A DNA stretch of 64,000 bases, taken from NCBI RefSeq assembly GCF_006345805.1, contig NC_043001.1, positions 96,472,001-96,536,000 of the forward strand, in the 5' to 3' direction. This DNA comes from Octopus sinensis. Taxonomy: Eukaryota. The notes below the pieces were generated by a model that searched no databases, was not told where the DNA came from, and saw nothing but the letters and a program-made list of their open reading frames with translations. Position 1 is the stretch's first letter. The number at the start of each line of letters is the position of its first letter. Positions 29,305 to 42,246 of this stretch are shown here, piece by piece. A program made the position numbers and the translations under genes.

Positions 29305-29787
29305 TTTCCTCACATTCCCGAGCGTCAAACTAAGACACCTGTTTGTTGCTTATACAGGCTTCGTCTTTTGTTTTTCTGTAAATTTCAACTATATATATAT
29401 GTGTGTGTGTGTGTGTGTATGTATATATACATATATATATGAATCTCTGTTGATTTACCGGTGGTGTTAAATTATAGGACTCAATAGAAATGTAGAGTAT
29501 TCTTTGATACATTATAACATTATATATATATATGTATAAATATTCTATAAATGCAATTTGCAAATATTTACTTGTTTGGCTTTAATTAACCCCTTAATTA
29601 TGGATTAATTGTTTTTGGCAAACTTACTGAATTTCTAAATTCGTTCAAGCAATTAGCTGGCCCCTGATTATAATTATAGAATAATTGTATAAACTTACCT
29701 AAAAAGGTTATTTTTACGTACCGAACTACTTTGTAAATTAATTAATTTTACCCATTTATTATATATATATAATTTTTTCTCTGTGTA

Positions 29788-29825
29788 TCTTTCTGTTGAA
29801 GAGCGTAGGCTCGAAACGTTAAAGA
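29788..29825 (+). ncRNA. Penelope-type minimal hammerhead motif with CUGUUGA core (copy 2)
   Basis: Stem I tcttt/aaaga, core ctgttga plus a, stem II gagc-gtag-gctc, GAA, palindromic acgt, H=U. The shared downstream tail (gagcg/cca.actaa..ca..tgtttgtt..cttcgtcttttg) indicates a repeat family. Confidence 0.55.
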
Positions 29826-29953
29826 CTTGTTTTATTTATATTTCCTGAGCGCCATACTAATACAATTGTTTGTTTGTATTCCACCTGCCTTCGTCTTTTG
29901 TTTATTTTCGTAAACCTGCCTTCGTCTTTTGTCTATTTTCATAAAGCTTCCCG

Positions 29954-29995
<42 letters not shown>

Positions 29996-30014
29996 GTAAG
30001 TGTGCGTGTATGTG

Positions 30015-30074
<60 letters not shown>

Positions 30075-30318
30075 GCATTAGATATACGTAAGTCACCCTT
30101 ATCTCATATATATATACATAATACAAAATATGAGGGTTTTGTTTACAAGTGATCTCAACAATTAGGTATGCTAGGTAAGTGCTGTAACAGATTACTAAGG
30201 TTATAGCCGGGACAGTAGTTATTGAGCCATTGTAGATTTCCGATAGCGAGGATATATAATTGTTTGTTGTTATCTTTAGCATATATATATATATATATAC
30301 ATACATACATGCATACCT

Positions 30319-30400
<82 letters not shown>

Positions 30401-30636
30401 CGCGTGTGTTTACATGATGTGAGCACTTCTCCAAATTGAATTGAAAAAAAGGTATCAAATTACCATAACTCGTCTCTGTAACACACACACACATATATAT
30501 ATACATATGTATGAATATATATACATATATATATATGTATGTATATATATATATATTAAATATATATATATATACATACACACATTATATATATATATAT
30601 GTATGTATATATATAATGTATATATATATGTATATA

Positions 30637-30693
<57 letters not shown>

Positions 30694-31423
30694 GTATATA
30701 CATATATATATATATGTGTATATATATGTATATATATATACATATATATATACATACATATATATATATGCTTACGTTTACATGATCAGAACACTTCCCT
30801 AAATTGAAAAAAAAGGGTAAGAAATAAAATTCCCAAATTTGCACGATGCAGGTATTTTGTAAGAGAGGAGTACGTCTATTGAATCATCGCCAATAGAAGA
30901 CTAGTGGTTATTCTATTAATGCCAGAAATATTCCTCAGTGGAATTCGGGCTAAAATCTAAAAGCGACAAATATATAAACTTGAGGATATTTCTTTTATTG
31001 TTTTCAACATTTTTATCTCTCTACGACCATTAAGAGTTATGTATGTTTATATTGATTTTTAATTAGACAGGTGTAGGTGTGTTGCATGATGTTTGGTTTC
31101 CAATTACATCGTTTCGGGTTCAGGCCCACTGCATGACACCTTGGGCAAATGTCTTCTGTAGTTCCGGTTCGTCCAAAGCCTTGTAAGTGGCTTTGGTAGA
31201 CGGAAATCGAAAGTCCTATATATCTATATCTATACCTATAAGTTTGTTATCAGTTCAAATATGCTTCAGGCATATTCGAACCCGTAAGAACGACATTCAC
31301 TGTATTTTGTCGTGAGAGGAATTTCTCGCTGTAAACGGATAGGTGTAAATGTACCGATTTAGCTCACAGGTGTGGGATGCATGTATTTCAGAGTGGTTAT
31401 CTCTTTGGACGAAGAGGAGATAA

Positions 31424-31482
<59 letters not shown>

Positions 31483-31489
31483 ATTATTA

Positions 31490-31543
<54 letters not shown>

Positions 31544-31545
<2 letters not shown>

Positions 31546-31935
31546 GGCAGCGAGCTTGGTAGCATTTCTGCGTTCAAATTCTGCCGATGTCGACATTGCT
31601 TTTCATCCTTTCGGGACCGATTAAATAAGTATCAGTTACACTCTGGTGTCGATGAAATAAACTTACCTCCTTCCAAATTTCGGGCTTTGTGCCTATAGTA
31701 GAAAGTAGTATTATTATCAGGACGGTGCGCTGGCAGAATCGTTACCGCTCGGACAAAATACTAGCGGCGTTTCTTCTGGCTTTACGTTCTGAGTTCAAAT
31801 GTCACCATATTCGACTTTGCCATTCCACCTTTCGGGATCCATGAAATAATCACCGGTTGAGCTCTGGGGTCAGTGAGATCGACTTACACTCCTCGAAAAT
31901 TGCTGATCTTGTGCCAAAATTCGAAGCTATTGATG
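31544..31935 (+). mobile_element. Two head-to-tail SINE family A copies directly after (TTA)n
   Basis: aaggcagcgagc head, gttcaaattctgccga and a second gttctgagttcaaat. Confidence 0.75.
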
Positions 31936-32352
31936 ATAGTATTTCATGTAAATGTTACTAAATTAGTGATAACTATTTTTACGACTTCTACAAAGATGTA
32001 GGTTAACGTCGATCTCGATCGGATTTGAAGACGCAACCAAATACCGCAAAGCATGTCACTCACTGCTCTACCGATTAACATGAGTCCAATACCATAAAAA
32101 GATCAACAAGTGACTGGAATGAAATCAAATATCTATTGACATATAGGAAGTTATCTTTTGAAATACGAAGCGGCTGTCTATGTGAAAATAAGAATTGACA
32201 ATAGATTATAAGAAACGGTCGATCAAAGGCGTGATCAAATATACTCTTTTGGTGAACCATTTTATCTTATTGTTATTCCAGGAAGAGTGCCTCCGAGACA
32301 ACAGTCTCCATTTTCACTTTCCATCGCTTTTTCTAGAAAATCTTTGAGAATA

Positions 32353-32525
32353 GGCGTAAGAGTGGTTGTGTGGTAAGTAGCTTGCTTACGAACAACATGG
32401 TTCCGGGTTCAGTCCCACTGCGTGACATCTTCGGCAAGTATCCTCTACTATAGCCTTGGGCCGACCAAAGCCTTGTGAGTGCATTTGATACACGGAAACT
32501 GAAACTAGCCCGTCGTATTTATAAA

Positions 32526-32607
<82 letters not shown>

Positions 32608-32875
32608 GCATATATATATATATTATATATATATATATGTATGTATGTATGTTTGTGTGCATATGTTTGTGTGTCTGAGTTTGTCCCTCCCAACACCGCT
32701 TGACAACCGATGCTGGTGTGTTTAGGTCCCCGTAACTTAGCGGTTCGGCAAAAGAGACACATAGAATACGTGCTAGGCTTACAAAGAATAAGTTATGGAG
32801 TCCATTTGTTCGACTAAAAGCGGTGCTCCACCATGGCCACAGTCAAATGACTGAAACAAGTAAAAGAGTAAAGAG
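32353..32875 (+). mobile_element. SINE family B copy with expanded internal (TA)n
   Basis: Full head, ~130-bp internal TA/TG tract and tail gaaacaagtaaaagagtaaagag. Confidence 0.85.
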
Positions 32876-32955
32876 ATTTGACTGGATATATTTGTATGCC
32901 ACGTAGCCACGTCGAAACTCACGTATCTGTTCCACAGTTATTATCAGTAAAAGCG

Positions 32956-35308
32956 AAGGCGGCGAGCTGACAGAAACGTTAGCATGCCGGGCGAAATGCG
33001 TAGCCGTATTTCGTCTGCCGCTACGTTCTGAGTTCAAAGAGGTCGACTTTGCCTTTCATCCTTTCGGGGTCGATAAATTAAGTACGAATTACGCACTGGG
33101 GTCGATGTAATCGACTTAATCCGTTTGTCTGTCCTTGTTTGTTCTCTCTGTGTTTAGCTCCTTGTGGGTAGTAAAGAAATAGGTATATCGTCTGTCGTTA
33201 CGTTCTGCGTTCAAATTCTGCCGAGGTCGACTTTGCCTTTCACCGTTTCGGGGTCGATAAATTAAGTATCCATTCCGTTCTGGGGTCGATCTAATCGACT
33301 GGCCCCCTCCCCCATATTTCAGGCCTTGTGCTTATAGTAGAAAGGTTTATTGGTAAAGCGAAGGCGGTGGGTTGGCAGAATCGTTAGCACACTGGGAAAA
33401 ATGCTTTGAGGCATTTCGTCTATATTCTGAGTTAAAATTCCACCAAGGTCGACATGACTTTTCATCCTTTCGGAGGTCGATAAAATAACTCTCATTTGAG
33501 AACTGGGGTTGATGTGTTCCACTTACACCCCAGATCGAACTCGCGAGCATTGTGCTAGAATTTTAAACCATTGTTGGTGAGGCAAAGGCAGCGAGCTGGC
33601 AGAATCTTTAGCACGTCGGGTGAAATGCTTAGCAGTGTTTCACCAGGCGCTACGTTCTGAGTTCAAATTCCGTCGGGGTCGACTTTGCCTGTCATCTTTT
33701 CGGGGTCTATAAATTAAGTACCAGTTACGCACTGGGGTCGATGTGATCGACTTAATCTCCTTGTCTGACCCTGTTTGTCTCCTCTATGTTTAGCCCCTTG
33801 TGGGCAATAAAGAAATAAGAATCGTTAGCACGCCGGGTGAAATGCATAGCGGTGTTTCGTCAGCTGCTACGTTCTAAGTTCAAATTCCACCGAGGTTGAC
33901 TTTGCCTTTCATCCTTTTGGTGTCGAAAATTTAAGTATCAGTTGCGTACTGGTGTCGATCTAATCGACTGCCCTCTCTCCTAAATTTTCAGGCCTTGCGT
34001 CTATAATAGAAAGGTATTCGTGAGGCGATAGATTGGCAGAATCATTAGAGTGTCAGACAAATACCTATTATTTGATCCGGTTCTATAACTTCTGAGTTCG
34101 AATTCTGCAGACGTCGACCTTATTTTTCATACAATAAACGACCAGTCAATTACTGGATTCTATGTTATGTTATTCTCTGACACTATTGTCATCAAAATTG
34201 CTGACCTTGTGTCTAAATTTGAAACATTTATGATAATTAGGGCGGCAAAATGCCGGGGCACTATCAGAATCGTTAGCATGACAGACAAAATGCTTCATAC
34301 TATATCCTCTGGCTCTCTACGTTCCAAGTTCAAATTCTGCTGAAGTCAACTTTACCTTCTATCCATACAGGGTCGAAAAAATAAGTACCACTTGAACATT
34401 AGGGTCGATGTAATGGACTAGACCCTTCCGCCAAAATTTCAGGCTTCGTGCCTATAGTTGAAAGAATTATTATTATTAAGGCAGAAAAATGGCAGAATGG
34501 ATGGAACGTCGGACTAAAACGCTTAGCGGCATATCCGTACGGCTTAATTTGCTACGTTCAAATGTCACCGATATCAACTTTGCTTTCCATTCTTTCGGAG
34601 TAACAGTGAGGTACTGGGGTCGATGTAATCCACTAGCCCCTTCCTCCAAAAATTCAGACTGTGGAAAGAATTATTTTAAAGACAGTGAGCTGGCACAATC
34701 GTTAGAACGCCGGACAAGCGTTGGGCGGCTCTTCACTTTTTCCGGCTTTACGTTCTGAGTTCAAATGCCAGCAAGGTCGACTTTGCTTTTCATTCTTTCG
34801 AGATCGATAAAATAAGTACTAGTTTAGTACTGGAGTTGATATAAACGACTTACGCTTTCCCTAATATTACAGTCTTGTGTCACAATTTGAAACCCTCTAT
34901 TTGTTGTAATAATATTTTCTACTATAGGCACAGTGGGATAGTCGACCCCAGTACTCAACTGGTACTTAATTTGTCGACCACGAAAGGATGAAAAGCAAAG
35001 TCGACCTCGGCGGAACTTGAACTCAGAACGGAGCGACGGACGAAATACCTCTAAGCATTTCGCCCGGCGTGCTAACGATTCTGCCAATAATAATATTTCT
35101 ACCCTAGGCAGAAGGAATTGAAAACTTTGGGGGGAGGGAGCTAGTCGATTACATCGACCCTAGTGCGTAACTGATACTTATTTTATCGACTCCAAAAGAA
35201 TGAATGGCAGAGTCGACCTCGGTGGTATTTGAACTCAGAACGTAGCGGCAGACGGAATACAGCTAACAATTTTGCCCGGTGTGCTAACAGTTCTGCCAGC
35301 TCGCCGCC
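32956..35308. mobile_element. Array of ~11 SINE family A copies (about 9 head-to-tail on +, then 2 on -)
   Basis: Heads or partial heads near 32956, 33181, 33361, 33586, 33819, 34024, 34239, 34478 and 34680. Inverted copies at ~34930-35090 and ~35100-35308. Confidence 0.85.
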
Positions 35309-35309
35309 C

Positions 35310-35363
<54 letters not shown>

Positions 35364-35389
35364 TAATAATAATAATAATAATAATAATA

Positions 35390-35420
<31 letters not shown>

Positions 35421-35421
<1 letters not shown>

Positions 35422-35915
35422 GTGTTATCATGTACATTGTTTTGTCTTGGTATAAAAGATGGGCTACAGCAAATATCTGCTCAATACCACAGATTTGCTT
35501 GTCAGTTGTTTGACTTTAACCAGTTGAGCATGTCCCTTAGTGGCTGACGATGTGGCATCTCTGATCACGAGCAGAAGTAGTGGGGGAGCATCATAGCCAT
35601 GTGTTGAGAGGGATTCTTTGGAGTTTGAATAATTCACCTCTGGAAACATGGGTGGTTCTTTCAACATCCTTAAACAACCCTTATTCAGGGACCTTTTGAG
35701 CGGGATGGGCAACTCAACCTGAAGAAAATTCTAACTGGGCCCCAACTGCAAGGTCATGTGCTGTTATCTTGATATGAGATCACCATGTCGCGCACATATG
35801 GTTGTGATGCATGTGCCTGGTGTACCCTTATCAGACGGGTAGTCATGATGGGTATATTGGGCTTCGTATATTTCACCCCAGTGTCACTTTGATGGCATGA
35901 ACTGCTCTCTCACTC
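35421..35915 (+). mobile_element. ~500-bp non-coding element embedded in (TAA)n, 5'-truncated copy
   Basis: Highly similar to 36041-36532, with the same 3' end ctgctctctcactc followed by (AAT)n. Confidence 0.75.
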
Positions 35916-35984
<69 letters not shown>

Positions 35985-35985
<1 letters not shown>

Positions 35986-36532
35986 CCCTGATGCAGTACC
36001 AGGCAGTGGCTCTCATGGCTTCTGATCTTAACTGATTGGAAGTGTTATCATGTACATTGTTTTGTCTTGGTATAAAAGATGGGCTACAGCAAATATTCTG
36101 CTCAATACCACAGATTTGCTTGTCAGTTGTTTGACCTTAACCAGTTGAGCATGTCCCTTAGTGGCTGACGATATGTGCATCTCTGATCACGAGCAGAAGG
36201 GGGAGCATCATAGCCATGTGTTGAGAGGGATTCTTTGGGGTTTGAATAGTTCACCTCTGGAAACATGGGTGGTTCTTTCAACATCCTTAAACAACCCTTA
36301 TTCAGGGACCGTTTGGACGGGATGGGCTACTCTAACTGAAGAAAATTCTAACTGGGCCCCACCTGCAAGGTCATGTGCTGTTTATCTTGATATGAGATCA
36401 CCATGTCGCGCACATATGGTTGTGATGCATGTGCCTGGTGTACCTTTATCAGACGGGTAGTCATGATGGGTATATGGGCTTCGTATATTTTACCCCAGTG
36501 TCACTTTGATGGCATGAACTGCTCTCTCACTC
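35985..36532 (+). mobile_element. 548-bp non-coding element embedded in (TAA)n, longer copy
   Basis: Flanked by (AAT)n on both sides and has 56 extra 5' bases relative to the first copy. No tRNA head and no meaningful ORF. Confidence 0.75.
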
Positions 36533-36919
36533 AATAATAATAATAATAATAATAATAATATAATAATAATATATAATAAAGAAGAAGAAGAAGAAGAAGA
36601 AGAAGAAGAAGAAGAGGAAGAGGAAGAAAAATGACCACCTATTTCGAGGTCGGGGACGAGACGATTACGTAAACCCTAGTGCTCAAGTGATACATGTTTG
36701 ATCGTTACCAAACGAAGGAAAAGCAAGATTGACCTCAGCTGAATTTGAACACAGGACGTAAAGACGGACATAATGCCGCAAAGCATTTTATCCGGCGTGC
36801 TAACGATTCTGACAGCTTGCCGAAACATAATATGTAATGTAGGTGTTTTGTATGATAAGGAATGACGTAATCGTCTAGTCCCCGCTCTCGAAATTTCTGG
36901 CCCCTTCTTCTTCTTCTTC

Positions 36920-36997
<78 letters not shown>

Positions 36998-37000
<3 letters not shown>

Positions 37001-38037
37001 TAGTTTTATTTTTATAGCGTGCTTTCACTTCACTACCGAGCGCTGCTCTGTGTGCCTTGGGTAGTGCTGTGATTTGTGTTTGTTGTGATGTGCTCTGATG
37101 GTTATTGAATGGAAAGTGTTCTGCGTAGGATGTGTGCAGTGCCTAGTAGTGCAATTTTCTGTATGTTATATGTGTTTGTAAGTCCTGGTGTTTTTGTTAT
37201 GTATTTGTCTGAATATATTTTTATCATGCTACTATGATAGGAATTGTTTCTGTTTTTAGATTCCACATTCTGGTTACCTCTATTTCCAGGTCTTTGTATT
37301 TTGAAAGTTTCCCCATTTCTTTTAGAGACACGTTGTCATCTGCTGGTATTGATACATCAATTAGAAAGCATTTTTTTCCTTCATGATCCCTGACAACTAT
37401 ATCTGGTCTGTTGGCCTTAATTTCTCTATCTGTGTGTATCGGCATATCCCAGAGTATGGTTGCTTTCTCGTTTTCTGTGACCTTTCTGGTGTGTGCCTAT
37501 ACCATCTTTTTTTCTGTTGTTATTCCATAATGTTGGCATAGCTTCCAGTGTATGTAGGTCCCAACTCCGTCGTGTCTGTGAATATATACCTTCTTACGCA
37601 GGACTGGGCAGCCAGAGATAATATGATTTATTGTTTCTTGTCCATCTCCACATATTCTGCAGTTACTTGTTATATTTCTTTTCATTACATGTTTTTGGTA
37701 ATTTCTGGTGAGGAGGCTTTGGTCTTGTGCAGCAATTAAAAATCCCTCTGTCTCTGCTTTGAGTCCTGAGCTTCTCAACCATTGCTGGGATTTTTCTTTG
37801 TCTATTCTTTGCATTTAGTTTAGTTCAGTATTTGCCATGAAGGGGCTTTTCTTGCCATCGTTTTATCATGGTTCGTTGCTGTTCGTTTAGTTTGGATTTC
37901 ATTTGTTTTATAGTTTTTGTTATTTCTTCTTCTTCTTCTTCTTCTTCTTCTTCTTCTTCTTCTTCTTCTTCTTCTTCTTCTTCTTTCTTCTTCTTCTTCT
38001 TCTTCTTCTTCTTCTTCTTCTTCTTCTTCTTCTTCTT

Positions 38038-38068
<31 letters not shown>

Positions 38069-40086
38069 TTTGTTTGGTGATATGATTTCTTGTTTGTATT
38101 TGTCAACTTCCTTAAATACTGAGAACAGTTTTTTGTTTTGCTCGTGTTTTGCCGCTATTTGTATCAGTTTTCCTTCCTTCTGATGTAGATATTTTTGCAG
38201 TCCTATGGTGGTTATTTTATAGTAGTTTCCCAGCCGTATAAGGCCTCTACCACCTTCTATACGTTGTATATATAGACTTTCTATGTCAGATTTTGGGTGA
38301 TGCATCCTAGATCCTGTCATTATTTTTCTTGTTTTCCTATCTATTTTGGTCAGTTCATTTAGTGTCTAGTTAAGGATATTGTAGCTGTAACTTATAACTG
38401 GGACGGTTAAAGTGTTAGTACCTATTATCTTGTTTTCAGCATTCAGCTCTGTTTTTAGTATTGATCTAACTCGTCTATAATATTCTTTTTTTATTTTCTC
38501 TTTCATTTGTGTGCGTTGTATCTTATCTAGTTCATGGATTCCTAAGTATTTGTAAGTTTGGCTTTGGTCTAATTCTTTTATTTCATTGGTTTTATCTAGT
38601 GTGATGTTGCTACTCTTAACTAGTTGTCCTCTTTTCAGGGTTACTTTGGCGCATTTTTCTAATCTAAATTTCATATCTATTTCTTTGGTAAATCTATGAA
38701 CTGTCTTTAGTATTTTGGTAAATCTATGAACTGTCTTTAGTCTTTAGTGTTTCCAGCTGTTTGTCATTTGTAGCGTATAGTTTTAGGTCATCCATATTTA
38801 AAAGGTGGCTGATCGTTTTGCCGTAACATTTATATCCGCATCCAGTTCTATTTAGCATATCAGATAGAGGTGACAGTGCCAAGCAGAAAAGGAGTGGAGA
38901 GAGCGTGTCTTCCTGGAATATTCCTCTTCTAATGGGGATGGCTTTGGCTTTCATGAGACCCTCTTTTGTTTGGAGCTGTAGCACTGTTTGCCATTTATTC
39001 ATAGAGCCTTCCAATGTATTTTATAATTGTTGGTGCTACTTTGTTAATGTCTAGTCTTTCGAGGATCCATGTGTGGGGGATGCTATCAAACGCCTTTCTG
39101 TAGTCGATCCATGTCATACTAAGGCCTTTCTTCTTTCTGTGGCTGTCTTCAGTTATGGCTTTATTGATCATTAGTTGATCTTTACAACCATATGAGCCTT
39201 TGCGGCATCCTTTCTGCTCTTCTGGAAACAGTTGTTTTCGTCCAGGTGCTTGTTTAATCTTTGTGATATTACTGCAGTAAATGCTCTGTACATTGTAGGG
39301 AGACAGGTTATAGGTTTGTAGTTTTCTGGTTTTGCTGTCTCATTGGATTTAGGAATTAAGATGGTGAGCCATTCAGGCATTGTCTCTGGCTCTGCCAGTA
39401 CGTTGTTAATGTTTTCACCAAGCTTTTTGTGCATTCCTGGTAGATATTTCAACCAGAAGTTGGGGATCTTGTCATGCCCAGGTGCCTTCCAGTTGCTTAG
39501 TCTTTGCAGTGCCTGGGTGACCTCTTCAGTTGTTATGGGGGTCCAAAGTTGCTCAGATGCTATGTTTGTTGTTTTAATACTCCTTTTTTTTGGTTGTTCG
39601 TTCGCCGGCCATATTCCTTTCCAGAATTCTTCCACGTCTTCTGCCGTTGGTGCTGCAGTGATGTCTACTTTATTTTTGTCAAGTTCTTGGTAGAACTTTT
39701 TGGGGTTGGAGTTGAACTGTTTGTTTTGTTCAAAGAAACGTTGGCGTTTCTCATACCGGCGGATCCTTTGTGCTTTGGCAAGTATATCTTGCTTTAGCTT
39801 TTCTTTTATCCCAGGTAAATCTTTTTCTGTGATGTTGTATTTGCGCAGTATTTTTGTTTTCTTTTTGTTGCTCAGTAGCGTTGATTGTCTACTGATTTCG
39901 TTAAGAATCGACAGATCTTTTCTCCTTTTTTGTATTTTCTTTTAGATGTTATTTATCCACAGGGTTTGTTTGGGTGGTGGTACTCCTGTTTGGATGTGTT
40001 TGAGGGAGTAACCATCTTCTTTTGTGGCTGCATTGGCTGCTGCATGTACTAAGTCATTTAGCTCCGTGATATCGCTACTTGTTTCT
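36998..40086 (-). mobile_element. R4/Dong-clade non-LTR retrotransposon (RT + RLE endonuclease), 5'-truncated and disrupted, inserted in (TAA)n
   Basis: RT motifs: NWKAPGHDKIPNFWLK, PENYKPITCLPTMY, RRGIFQEDTLSPLLFCLAL, MDDLKLYA, MKFRLEKCAK, YKYLGI. Zn motif CRICGDGQETINHIISGC. RLE motif RPDIVVRD..CFLIDVSIP. Stop near 37102 and a short 3' UTR ending aaaactactg-(AAT)n. (TAA)n lies on both flanks. Several frameshifts are present. Confidence 0.9.
37922..38068. repeat. (GAA/TTC)n expansion inside the LINE ORF
   Basis: ~147-bp near-pure triplet tract between ...ATCACCAAACAAATAA and ATAACAAAAACTATA of the LINE coding strand. Confidence 0.95.
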
Positions 40087-40102
40087 ATTATTATTATTAT
40101 TA

Positions 40103-40144
<42 letters not shown>

Positions 40145-41047
40145 CATTATCAGGGCGGCGAGCTGGCAGAACCGTTAGCACATCGGGCAAAATGCTTAGC
40201 TGCATTTCATCCAAACATGACAATCACATCCTTCTCTCAGACATCGAACGATCGATTTTATAGTTCATTATCCAATATACCAATCCCTTTTCAAGACAGC
40301 AGTATGTAAATTTGGAAGCGATTTAGCTGTTATTTTCATAGCTGGTGAAGTGACCACATAGAAGCTTCCCTCTGCCTTTCTGGTATTATATCAACGGAGA
40401 CCAGCACACACTAATGTTTGTTTGTGGCTATATTGACATTTAATTTATCTTGTTGTCATAATACACAAGAGATCCTTCTTTGCATTCATTTCTCTACCCC
40501 CCTCTAAACTCCCCCATCTCTTTCACAGTCTCCCCCCCGTCTCTCTTTTCTTTCCGTTTTCTTTTTTCTTTCTTTTTACTTCCTTTCATTTCTTTCTTTG
40601 AAAAGAAACGTCTGCAGCAATTAATTGAGTAGAAATAATAAAAGTATGAAAAGAAAGAAGGAAATAAAGAAAGAAAGAGAGAAAGAAAGAGAAAAAGCAA
40701 AGACAAGAAAATAGGACAAAAACAACAACAACAACAACAAAAAAAACAAAGCAAGAATCGGAATCTTATATAAAAAGGACGGACCGTACACAAATCTACT
40801 ACAAGAAACACTAATAAACGCAAATACACACGCATGCTAATATACGGAACGAACAGGGCCATACATACATACATACATACATACATACATACATACATAC
40901 ATACATACATACATACATAAGTGTGTGTCTATGCATATATATATGTGTGTGTGTGTGTGTTTGTGTGTGTATACATGTATATATATATATATATATATAT
41001 GTGCATATGTATAGAAAAGTCTGTGTATGTATATATATTTATATGTG

Positions 41048-41093
<46 letters not shown>

Positions 41094-41339
41094 TTTATAC
41101 GTGAGTGTGGGACTGTTGTGTGTGTGCGTATGCATATGCTTATGTGAGTTATGTGTGTGCTTATGTGTTAGTGCATATGTGTATAAGAGAGATATATGTA
41201 TATATGTGTGTGATAAATAATATAACATATGTGTGTATATTTAGGTTTGTGTGTGTGTGCATGTGTGTGTGAGTGTGTATGAAGTAGGAGAGACACGTAG
41301 AGAAACTCATATATTAAGCAGGGAAAGGTAAAGAAATAG

Positions 41340-41351
41340 AAGAAAAACTCC

Positions 41352-41416
<65 letters not shown>

Positions 41417-41837
41417 CAGGCAGAAGAAAGAAATGAAAGACGAAATGATGATGATAATGATGATGATGATGATGACGATGATGAAGAACAAGAAACAGAA
41501 GAAGAACGAAGAAGAAGAAGAAGAAGAAGTGGAAGAATGAAGCGAGGGCAGAAAATCGTGTTCAGTTTTCAAACGTCTGACATGGTTCACTTGTAATGTA
41601 TAGAATGTGGTGGAGGTGAGTAGTTTGTTCGTTCAAGAATTTATTGGACGGACTTTTTGCCATTCGTGCATTGAACAGATGAGAAGAAATTTCAAAAGAG
41701 GCGAAGGTTGATTAAAACTGCGGAAAGATTTATAAAAGAAGACTTATTTCTTTCCAGTAAAAGGCTGTAAAAATAAAGATGAATACAAGAAGAAAAGAGA
41801 AGGAGAAGAAGTGTGCGAAGAAAACGAAAAATGAGTC

Positions 41838-41883
<46 letters not shown>

Positions 41884-42187
41884 TGGAGGAGGAGAAGGAG
41901 GAAGAAGAAGAAGATGATGAAGAAGAAGTTAAGAGGAAGATAATGAGAGTGATGATGGTGAAAAGTAAATGATGAAGATGAATAAGTGGAACTACAAGAA
42001 TAAGAATAGGAGGTAGAAGAAAAGAGGAAAATGAAGAAGAAAGAGAAGAAAGAGAAGAAGAAGGAGAAGGAGGAGGAAAAGAAGAAAAAGTAGAGAAAGA
42101 GGAAAAAGAAGATTACGGTACAGAGGAAACAGCAGCAAGAGAAGAAGAGTAAGATTAAGAAGAAAAATGTGAAGGTAATTATGATAT

Positions 42188-42246
<59 letters not shown>

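Noticed and set aside
36150-36215. CTGACGA within the 550-bp element as a hammerhead core
   Set aside because: There is no GAAA after a stem II. The segment folds as a simple hairpin instead.
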